A stretch of 61,357 nucleotides of DNA from Patescibacteria group bacterium (GTDB lineage: Bacteria; Patescibacteriota; Patescibacteriia; Patescibacteriales; UBA12465), in NCBI GenBank assembly GCA_049317985.1, contig JBMOHF010000005.1:1-61357 (forward strand), given 5' to 3'. The position numbers were made by a program, and so were the translations under genes. Below, one piece after another: positions 1 to 7,719 of the stretch (positions are counted from its first letter, which is position 1; every line of letters starts with the position of its first letter). The notes beneath the pieces were generated by a model. It was not told the DNA's origin and ran no database searches. It saw only the letters and a list, made by a program, of their open reading frames with translations.

Positions 1-194
1 TTGAGGCTCAAGAGGCGTTTTATAAAAGGAAAAGCAACTCCGCGATCAAGAATGACATTAAGTTTCTCCTCTTGAAAATTTCGATATTCAAGCTCACCTT
101 TTTCTCGAAAAACTTTATCTGATTCAGATAAATCAAAGAGCGCACTTGAGGCAACAGCGATTACTATTTTTTTAAAATCGGTTTCATTTAGCAT
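1..194 (-). CDS. 5'-nucleotidase (NT5C1/PF06189-like), N-terminal part; runs off the window start
   Basis: Hand translation from ATG at 194: MLNETDFKKIVIAVASSALFDLSESDKVFREKGELEYRNFQEEKLNVILDRGVAFPFIKRLLSL. This matches the family N-terminal pattern (IAxSSxALFDL...GxAFPxxKxLL). Not in the ORF track. Confidence 0.8.
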   Translation of the reverse strand, partial: MLNETDFKKIVIAVASSALFDLSESDKVFREKGELEYRNFQEEKLNVILDRGVAFPFIKRLLSL

Positions 195-205
195 AAAATA
201 TATTT

Positions 206-814
206 CTACTTGTCTTTCAGCAATATTTTTTCAGCCTGAGCGTAAACACTTTCGAGTTCGGCGACGATTGGACTGTTTAATCGTTCTTTCAGTAATTTTG
301 CAATTTCTTCATACAGCCAAAGTTTTTTTTCCTTTGGTGCATTGAAGTGATCCCAGAGCGCTTCCCCTTTTACTTGGTAAGCGTTGATCATTGATTGTAA
401 ATTATGAATTTTGTCGGCCGCGCAAACCATTAACGCTTCATCACTGTCATCTTCCAGTGCTGCCAAATATTTATTCTTTCTTTCTAGCCAGGTCGCCGCT
501 TCGTCGATTTCTTCGTTAGGATTTTTGTCTTCGCTAACGCCTTTCACGATTTGAGCTACTCGCTCACCAAAAGTTTTGAGCAAATCGCCGTAATAATAAT
601 TTTTTACATCCTCTAAAACATCATGGAGTAAGCCGGCAATAATAATATCTTCGTCATCGGTATAATTACTCAAGATCCAGGCTACTGAAACTGGGTGACT
701 AATGTATGGAAGATGGATATCACCCTTTCGAACCTGACCCTCGTGCAAGCGACTGGCAAGATTAATAGCTTGTTGAATCCTCGGACTTAATTTCATATTT
801 GATAATTCTAGCAT
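206..814 (-). CDS. HD-domain protein, RelA/SpoT-hydrolase (Mesh1/SAH)-like
   Basis: HxGQxRK...PYIxHP, LLHDVLED and ADKIHN motifs. The start may be the ATG at 796. Confidence 0.85.
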   Translation of the reverse strand: MLELSNMKLSPRIQQAINLASRLHEGQVRKGDIHLPYISHPVSVAWILSNYTDDEDIIIAGLLHDVLEDVKNYYYGDLLKTFGERVAQIVKGVSEDKNPNEEIDEAATWLERKNKYLAALEDDSDEALMVCAADKIHNLQSMINAYQVKGEALWDHFNAPKEKKLWLYEEIAKLLKERLNSPIVAELESVYAQAEKILLKDK

Positions 815-903
815 AAATTAAGAGATAAATGAACCATTAAATTAACCTGTTAGTTAAAAAAAGAGGACTCTTAAAAAGTCCCCCCTATTTATCATTTTTT
901 TAA

Positions 904-1333
904 TTAATACGTTCTCCTTCTCCGGAAGATATACTTTCTTTCACGAATTGCCTTACTAGACCAATGTCGGTTGTCTACCTGATCAACAAATTTTTTCCAA
1001 TTTCTTTTTTTGATATTCCTTAATTGGTTCAAAACAGAAATCAAAAGGTTCAGGTTGATTTCGGGCCTCAATAATTAAATTTATTGTCTCTTCTCTGTTC
1101 TTGCGAAAAGAATCAAAATTTTTAATTTCTAATTTTTCGGTAAAATTATTTGGAGCCATTTGAATCAATTCGTGGTTATAATCATGTTGATCAAAATAAA
1201 TTGATTTTGGAACAAAACTTACGGCGCAACCAATATCATCTGTTTTTACTATTCCTCGTGTCTCTAGTGACGCGCAAAGATGCTCAAACGACAAACCGGG
1301 AAAGTCCTCGCAAACTATAATAATAATCTTCAT
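904..1333 (-). pseudogene. hypothetical protein, probably frameshifted in an A-tract (ORF track 983..1333)
   Basis: SD AAGGAG upstream. The frame stops at TGA just after A7/A6 runs. Removing one A continues the frame (...KFVDQVDNRHWSSKAIRERKYIFRRRRTY) to TAA at 904-906, just before the terminator hairpin. Confidence 0.5.
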
Positions 1334-1486
1334 TACTCACTCCTTTTTTATTAATATTTTTAAATAACTACAGAATCTCGTAAAAAGTCCCAAATGGACA
1401 AAGGCACAATATCACGCATTCAACTATATGTCAAATAGCTCGATAAATAAAAAATCGGTTTTTGAATTAAAACCGACTATTTTGCT

Positions 1487-1897
1487 TTAAAAGTTGTAAT
1501 AACTTGTTTCCGCTTTTGTTTTTCTAACCGAAATACTAGAGTCAATTAAAACTGAGAATACAAGGAGTAATATTGCGCAAATAAAGCTTGGCCAAGAAAT
1601 TATTTTAAAGGCCTCCTCTTCAAAGATGCTACAAATATCTAAAATAATACCAACCACTGATGCGGCAGCAATAATAATGCTGGCATAAATATTAAACCAA
1701 CAGAAATTACTAGAAATACTTGGTTCCGCTTTATTTGTAATCGCTACAACGAGCCGAAAATATACAGCAAAGCTTCCAAGAAAAATTGATACTGGTAAAT
1801 TGGCACCAAAGAGCCAATACATGGAAATAAACACAAGAGCCCCTAAAAATAGCGCCCATAAAAATACGATTAGATATAGTTTCCTCAATTTATACAT
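1487..1897 (-). CDS. hypothetical membrane protein (about 4 TM)
   Basis: 136-aa hydrophobic ORF with its own upstream TTGACT and a downstream hairpin at about 1450-1478. Confidence 0.7.
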   Translation of the reverse strand: MYKLRKLYLIVFLWALFLGALVFISMYWLFGANLPVSIFLGSFAVYFRLVVAITNKAEPSISSNFCWFNIYASIIIAAASVVGIILDICSIFEEEAFKIISWPSFICAILLLVFSVLIDSSISVRKTKAETSYYNF

Positions 1898-2126
1898 TTT
1901 TGTACCCTTTCTATTTCGTCGGCCTTTTGGCCGATAATGATTAATAATTTTAAATGACTAATATAATTACAGTACTAAATTTCAGAAAAGTCAATCAATA
2001 TTTCAAAAAACCGTCTATTTACTGGTCGGTATTTCTGAATTATCGTCGAATCAATCTTTTAATCCCGACTATTGACATCTTTTTTTAATTAGTATAAATT
2101 AGAATCAAACCAAAAAATTATAAGGC

Positions 2127-2414
2127 ATGAAAAAAATATTAACATTTTTTTTAGTTTTATTCTTATTGGTTAGCGCAATCGATGCGAAGGAAAGCTGTAG
2201 TAAATCAACAAACAAAGCTGGGCTAAATACAGCCTATGACGAAGTGAGGGTAGTAAGGACAATACAAAATATCCTCCTCCCTTCTCAAGCTGAAATTTTT
2301 GTTGGCTATATCAGTCGAATTGGTCAACATAACGACTTTTACAACTCAAAACCCTTCTCATCAGAAATTAATGAAGTGAAAGCGGCACCCGTAAAATCAG
2401 GGAAACCGCCTTAA
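2127..2414 (+). CDS. small secreted protein ending in -GKPP
   Basis: Sec-type signal peptide MKKILTFFLVLFLLVSAIDA. Promoter TTGACA(2072)-17-TAAATT and terminator at 2440-2467. Confidence 0.7.
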   Translation: MKKILTFFLVLFLLVSAIDAKESCSKSTNKAGLNTAYDEVRVVRTIQNILLPSQAEIFVGYISRIGQHNDFYNSKPFSSEINEVKAAPVKSGKPP

Positions 2415-2550
2415 CGCTCGCTAACCTTACTTTCTTGTAAAAGCCTCGGACATTAGTTTGAGGCTTTCTTATTTTTAATAGCAGTAATTCACTCTTGACT
2501 TTTTTGTTCTATTAATTTAAATTGAAATTAACAAATCAAAAGGAGGTACC

Positions 2551-2784
2551 ATGAAAACATCGAAGTTTTTTTGTTTACTACTACTTGTATTTGCAGCCAT
2601 CCTGGGTGTCCGGGGAAATACTCCCGAACCACGCCAGGCAACTGATTACTTAAAGCCTTCAACCAGAATCACGATAACAAAACATTCGTTATCAGATACT
2701 GGAAGCACGCTCCAAGCTAATCAAGTATTCAATTTTTCGTTACCATTTGAGGTTGGAACAGCTGGGTTAGCAAGGCCTCCATAA
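2551..2784 (+). CDS. small secreted protein ending in -LARPP
   Basis: Strong SD AAGGAGG, signal peptide, C-terminal ARPP-stop. Confidence 0.7.
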   Translation: MKTSKFFCLLLLVFAAILGVRGNTPEPRQATDYLKPSTRITITKHSLSDTGSTLQANQVFNFSLPFEVGTAGLARPP

Positions 2785-2837
2785 ACTGACAGAGGACCTT
2801 GCAACCAAAATTCAAGGGATAACGAATGGTTGCAAAC

Positions 2838-2869
2838 AAAAAGCCTGTATTTTTGAACAGGCTTTTTTT
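2838..2869. terminator. bidirectional intrinsic terminator
   Basis: AAAAAGCCTGT...ACAGGCTTTTTT between convergent genes. Confidence 0.75.
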
Positions 2870-2872
2870 ATT

Positions 2873-5491
2873 TTATTGAACTTTTTTTATACTATAAGTG
2901 TTATTACTTTTCGTATAAAACAGAATTCTTTTAAAGATGCCGTTTTTGTCATCTTTAAGAAAAGTTTGAGAATTACCAATGACAATTAACTCATTTCTTG
3001 CTCGAGTCAGCGCCACATAGAAACGTCGCAGATTACTACTGAAACCAGTTTGACCGTCATTATTTGAGCGAACTAAAGAAACAATAATCAAGTCTCTTTC
3101 TGAACCTTGAAAGGCGTCAACGGTATTGACTAATTTATTAAGAATTACGTCAATATTTTCCGAATTAACAATCTTGGAAAAAATCGGATTAAAGAGCAAG
3201 TCTTTTCTAACTCTTTCTTTGATTGCTAAAACCTGGCTGCGATACATCGCAATTACGCCAAGCGAGTTAAGATTAATTTCCCCACTTTCTTTTTTTTGTT
3301 TCTTAAAAAAATTAATCATTTCTCTTGCTACAACAATGCTTTCGGCAAGGTTTCGATAAGATGTTTTTACTCGTTTTTCCTTCGATCCTTTAACATCTAA
3401 GAACACAACCTTTCCGTCAGTTTTTGGATTAAAACGGCCAATTTTTATGTTTTCTTTAAAAACATGATTTAGAAATTTTACGATTTCTGGTAGAGATCGC
3501 CTGTTTATATCCAATTGTTTGACAAATTTTGAGAGATAAAAGAAGATGCCTTCAGAAAAATATTTAAATTGCTCCTCAATTTCCGATTCATTGGTTATTG
3601 TGGGCATCAGTCGACCGCTTTCTGATTTTAAATTCGGAAATAAAGTTTTACTTTTGACAGTGCTGTCCAGATGAACCCTATCCATTGTATATCTTATAAC
3701 CTCGCTTTTGAGCTCACCTTGGATTTCAATATTTCCTAATTGTCGTTTATTGCCAATTAAAATTAGCTTATCCCTAATCCTTCTAACTATTGGGAAAATT
3801 TCATATGGTAAACCTTTTGTTGCCTCATCGACAATCCCGATACTAAAAACTGTGCTTGGTTTCGGGCGAAGCGGGTCCTTAGCCATAAATTGATAGACAG
3901 ACTTTGGAATGCCTGGGTCATAATATTTTTTCTCTGCAAAATCATGACTCTTAATTAAGTCGTTTTGGTTGAAAAGACGTTTTAAGGTTTTATCAAATTC
4001 AAATGAATTTTCTGTAGCCGCCAAAACCACTCCCTTCCCGGAACAAACAAGCTCCCAAATAGATTCAGACTCATGAAAGATCTCTCTTTCCTTAAGATTA
4101 AACGGTTCACTAAAGTCGTTTAGACTTCTTTGTTTTTTTTCATAGGCTTTCCTTTCGCTTTCAACAATTTTCATATATCGTTTCCGACGATGAAGTTTTT
4201 GTAATTTTGAAGAAGTTGAATCGCAGTTATTACCCAAACGAAATATTTGCCCTTCATCAACATGTTCAGTCAAAGTTTTTAAGAGATTATCCAACCCGTC
4301 ATTACTATGAGACGTAACAATCACAATTTTATTGTGAAATATAAATTGTTTAACCGCTACACCAACCAGAAAGGTTTTTCCTCCACCCGGAATGCCTTCT
4401 ACTACGGATAAATAGCTTGAATCAAGAATATCCACCAGAGCTTCTGACTGCGACTTATCTCTCAGAATTTGTTTTGCGCGACCACTAAGATCAACAACAT
4501 CAATATTTACCGCTCTTTGGTTGTTGTTGGGTACGTAGCCTCGCAAATAAGCCTCTGGCGAATAGTAATAGTCATCAACTAACGGATGATAGAACTGATC
4601 AACAGGAAGTGGACTGCCGTCTAGCGAAAAGTCTGAATATTCTTTCATTTTCTTTGCGTATGTCGCAACAGTCAATGATAGGATATCGATTCTTCGACAG
4701 AAACAATCAATTTCACCAAAAGTACCATTAAAAACTGGCGGGGAAAAAGCAACTTTGATTCCTTCACTATCGCTCGAAGTCACTCTCCCAAACACTTGAG
4801 GTTTCAACGGATAGCAAGTTTCACAGTACAATTCTCCAAATTCAATAACACCATCTTCGCGAAAAATTAATTCACCTTGATGTTCATTATTGAAAATAAG
4901 TTCTAACTTTTTTGTGTTACCAGTGCCGCTAGGTTTAACATTTAACTTAAATACTTTTTTACTGACTTCTTTGAGCCATCGTTTGTACCAAGATAAATAA
5001 ACTCTTGAGAAAAATATGGAAAACCAAAATAATTTTGGATCTAGCTTCTCGTTTTTCTTTTTTACTAAATCCGGTAGATTGCAGAAGTTTACTTGATATA
5101 GGTCATCTTCTGGCAAAGCAGAAAATAGCAGTTTAGATTCTAAAGGCGGATTCTTTATTTTTTCAAAAAAATCCGACGGATTATCATACCAAAAATCTTG
5201 ATGATTTTTCTCGCTATCAATCCAAGTGATAAATGGCTGAGAAGACTTTTCATTACCGTGGCACATAATAAACGCTAGCTTGGGATACTGTTTTTTAATT
5301 TTCAGAATCTCACTTTCACTTTTATTAATACAAACCACAGTTCCCTTTTTCAAGTCTGACAATCTTTTCTTTAATTCAATAAAATCTTCTATAATTTCTA
5401 AGTCGATTCCCTCTTTGGAATCTTGAGTTTTCTCGCTAAGCGTTCGGGCAAAAACATTATTCGCCGGGCCGTGAATGATTATTTTTTTCAT
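2873..5491 (-). CDS. SF1 helicase, UPF1/DNA2/NAM7-like (AAA_11/AAA_12) with long unknown N-terminus
   Basis: Walker A GIPGGGKT, VDEAT, TVDAFQGSE and RFYVALTRAR motifs. Confidence 0.8.
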   Translation of the reverse strand: MKKIIIHGPANNVFARTLSEKTQDSKEGIDLEIIEDFIELKKRLSDLKKGTVVCINKSESEILKIKKQYPKLAFIMCHGNEKSSQPFITWIDSEKNHQDFWYDNPSDFFEKIKNPPLESKLLFSALPEDDLYQVNFCNLPDLVKKKNEKLDPKLFWFSIFFSRVYLSWYKRWLKEVSKKVFKLNVKPSGTGNTKKLELIFNNEHQGELIFREDGVIEFGELYCETCYPLKPQVFGRVTSSDSEGIKVAFSPPVFNGTFGEIDCFCRRIDILSLTVATYAKKMKEYSDFSLDGSPLPVDQFYHPLVDDYYYSPEAYLRGYVPNNNQRAVNIDVVDLSGRAKQILRDKSQSEALVDILDSSYLSVVEGIPGGGKTFLVGVAVKQFIFHNKIVIVTSHSNDGLDNLLKTLTEHVDEGQIFRLGNNCDSTSSKLQKLHRRKRYMKIVESERKAYEKKQRSLNDFSEPFNLKEREIFHESESIWELVCSGKGVVLAATENSFEFDKTLKRLFNQNDLIKSHDFAEKKYYDPGIPKSVYQFMAKDPLRPKPSTVFSIGIVDEATKGLPYEIFPIVRRIRDKLILIGNKRQLGNIEIQGELKSEVIRYTMDRVHLDSTVKSKTLFPNLKSESGRLMPTITNESEIEEQFKYFSEGIFFYLSKFVKQLDINRRSLPEIVKFLNHVFKENIKIGRFNPKTDGKVVFLDVKGSKEKRVKTSYRNLAESIVVAREMINFFKKQKKESGEINLNSLGVIAMYRSQVLAIKERVRKDLLFNPIFSKIVNSENIDVILNKLVNTVDAFQGSERDLIIVSLVRSNNDGQTGFSSNLRRFYVALTRARNELIVIGNSQTFLKDDKNGIFKRILFYTKSNNTYSIKKVQ

Positions 5492-5638
5492 GATTTATGT
5501 GATTTGTTAATATACAATTTGTTCAAAATATCTTACTTATAAATCAAGAAATAGTCAAATATATTAATTTGACAATATTGATATATAAATGTAAGTTAAA
5601 ACTAATTCAATTAGTACAAACAAAAAAAGTTATTTAAC

Positions 5639-6730
5639 ATGAAAAAAGTTACCAAAAATGACTTATTAAAAAAGCAAGTTGAGCACATTAATATTGCTAG
5701 TTTTGATTCGTCACCAATTATTAATCAGTTTCGAGAAATGTCGTTTGTTGCCCGTGAAACTGCAAATGCCGCAGATATCTACGTTGACATGCTCAGCGAT
5801 AAGAAGTGCACAGTTATTTTAACCATCGCAGGCAGCGCAACGGCGGCAGGTTGCATGCAGCTTGTTGTTGATCTTATTGAAAATAATATGGTAGACGTGA
5901 TTGTTGCAACGGGTGCCACAATCGTTGACATGGACTTCTTCGAGGCTCTTGGCGGAAAACATTTTCAGGGCAGTCAATTTGAGGATGACGAAAAACTTCG
6001 AAAATTAGGTATCGACAGAATATATGACACCTACATCGAAGAAGATCAGTTACAAATTTGCGACAAAACAATCAAAATAATTGCTGACTCTCTTCCCTGT
6101 ACTCATTACTCTTCTCAAGAATTTATCTATGAAATGGGAAGATACCTTAGTGGTATAAAGAACTGCAAACAATCAATGGTCAAGGCGGCTTTTGAAAAAA
6201 ATATTCCGATATTTTCTCCAGCATTTACTGATTCTTCCGCTGGCTTTGGTCTAGTCTTGCATCAAAATGAAAGGAAGAGAAAAAATATTCCATTCATTAC
6301 CATCGATAGTATTAAAGATTTTCACGATTTAACCAAAGTAGTCGCAAAAGCTCAGCAAAAAGGAGGCACAACTGGTTTGTTTATGATTGGGGGCGGCACT
6401 CCAAAAAACTTTGCTCAGGATACAGTTGTTTGCGGAGAACTTTTGAACTATAAGGTTGGTATGCATAAATATGCCGCGCAAATCACGGTCGCTGACGTTA
6501 GAGATGGCGCCTGCTCGAGCTCTACACTCAAAGAAGCAAACTCATGGGGAAAAGTTCGAGGCAAGGAACAAATGGTCTATGGCGAGGCAACGGTATTCTG
6601 GCCCTTAATTGCCAGTTACGCAATGCATTGGCCAGTTAACTGTATTCCGGCATTCCACGAACCTGGCTGGAGGCAAATTAGAGGACTTAAGGAATACGCC
6701 GAGTTTATTGCAAATGGCGGGGAAATATAA
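5639..6730 (+). CDS. deoxyhypusine synthase-like protein (bacterial DHS family)
   Basis: GIDRIYD, SPAFTDSSAG, IGGGTPKN and DGACSSSTLKEANSWGK, with the catalytic Lys retained. Confidence 0.88.
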   Translation: MKKVTKNDLLKKQVEHINIASFDSSPIINQFREMSFVARETANAADIYVDMLSDKKCTVILTIAGSATAAGCMQLVVDLIENNMVDVIVATGATIVDMDFFEALGGKHFQGSQFEDDEKLRKLGIDRIYDTYIEEDQLQICDKTIKIIADSLPCTHYSSQEFIYEMGRYLSGIKNCKQSMVKAAFEKNIPIFSPAFTDSSAGFGLVLHQNERKRKNIPFITIDSIKDFHDLTKVVAKAQQKGGTTGLFMIGGGTPKNFAQDTVVCGELLNYKVGMHKYAAQITVADVRDGACSSSTLKEANSWGKVRGKEQMVYGEATVFWPLIASYAMHWPVNCIPAFHEPGWRQIRGLKEYAEFIANGGEI

Positions 6731-6750
6731 GGTTTTTCGCTAAAAAATAA

Positions 6751-6773
6751 GACGGACCAGTGGTCCGTTTTTT
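6751..6773 (+). terminator. intrinsic terminator
   Basis: GACGGACCAGTGGTCCGTTTTTT hairpin plus U-tract after the DHS gene. Confidence 0.75.
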
Positions 6774-6780
6774 TATATCA

Positions 6781-6809
6781 TTGACGTAAATACTAAAAAT
6801 TGTTATATT
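6781..6809 (+). promoter_or_regulatory. sigma70 promoter with extended -10
   Basis: TTGACG-17 nt-TATATT with TG at 6801-6802. A boxA-like GTTCTTTAATA follows at 6815. Confidence 0.7.
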
Positions 6810-6917
6810 ATAATGTTCTTTAATAATTAGTAATAGCACTAAGTGCCCAACCGAGCTTCTCTAATTTTACAAAAGAGGCTCGGAGTAAAATCTTGAGCCG
6901 GCGTAACCAATAATCAT

Positions 6918-7058
6918 ATGTTTAGATTATTTGGATTAATCGTTTTAATAGTTTTATTAAAACTAGTGCTACCGAAAGAAATTAGCGACTTACTGGGACA
7001 AATTATTGTTCAGATCTTAACGATTCTGAAAAATACTATTTCCCAGGTAAGTGTCTAA
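6918..7058 (+). CDS. 46-aa hydrophobic small protein
   Basis: Hand translation MFRLFGLIVLIVLLKLVLPKEISDLLGQIIVQILTILKNTISQVSV. It lies between the promoter at 6781 and the terminator at 7063-7087 and is below the ORF-track cutoff. Confidence 0.65.
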   Translation: MFRLFGLIVLIVLLKLVLPKEISDLLGQIIVQILTILKNTISQVSV

Positions 7059-7062
7059 AACT

Positions 7063-7087
7063 AAAAGCGTCTACTCTAGACGCTTTT
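7063..7087. terminator. bidirectional intrinsic terminator
   Basis: AAAAGCGTCTA-CTC-TAGACGCTTTT perfect stem. Confidence 0.8.
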
Positions 7088-7092
7088 TATTT

Positions 7093-7632
7093 TTAATTTT
7101 CTAACTTAATAATTCCCTTGTATTTACTACTAATTATTTGTCCACAGTATCTTGGCAAGTCGCCGATTTCTTGATCGAGATATTTTTCAGAGGGAGAAAA
7201 GAAAATTTTAGTAGGACAATTTTTCTCTAATAATTTATCATTAAATTCACATCGATCTAGGTCGCCGGAATATATTACTAATGGTAAATTTTGTACTGCT
7301 TCAAAGATCTTCGTGCTATAAGCATCAATATTTTTTATTAACACTACTCGCTCAGACAAATCGGAAGCATTCTTTAGTGTCTGAAGTAGAGCATCTTCCT
7401 CGCCTGAATCAATAATAATCGCCTTCTCGTGACTTTTACCGATCTGCTTTCTAAACTCTTCCTTAGCCATCGGATAGGCGGAAAATAACAAAACTTTTTT
7501 GTCTTCTCTTAATAAGTTTACCAGTAAACAAATACTAAAAAATGAAGAACCAGTTTTTTCGGCGCCAGAAATTAAAATTGGAAAATCTTGTGAAGAAAAT
7601 TTTGCCTTCTTATTATTGATTAAGATGTTCAT
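7093..7632 (-). CDS. hypothetical protein with degenerate P-loop (RecA/KaiC-like fold)
   Basis: ILISGAEKTGSS resembles a Walker A lacking the canonical GKT/S. Confidence 0.55.
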   Translation of the reverse strand: MNILINNKKAKFSSQDFPILISGAEKTGSSFFSICLLVNLLREDKKVLLFSAYPMAKEEFRKQIGKSHEKAIIIDSGEEDALLQTLKNASDLSERVVLIKNIDAYSTKIFEAVQNLPLVIYSGDLDRCEFNDKLLEKNCPTKIFFSPSEKYLDQEIGDLPRYCGQIISSKYKGIIKLEN

Positions 7633-7719
7633 ACCATAAATTATATCTCAAAATGCGATATTTTAAAAACAACGACTTTTGTCTAGCCGTTGTTTTTAAT
7701 TTAGTTTACCAATTTGATT

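Noticed and set aside
6816..7060. Retron msr/msd-like arrangement (inverted repeats plus long hairpin)
   Set aside because: No reverse transcriptase is nearby, and the long hairpin lies outside the inverted-repeat pair.
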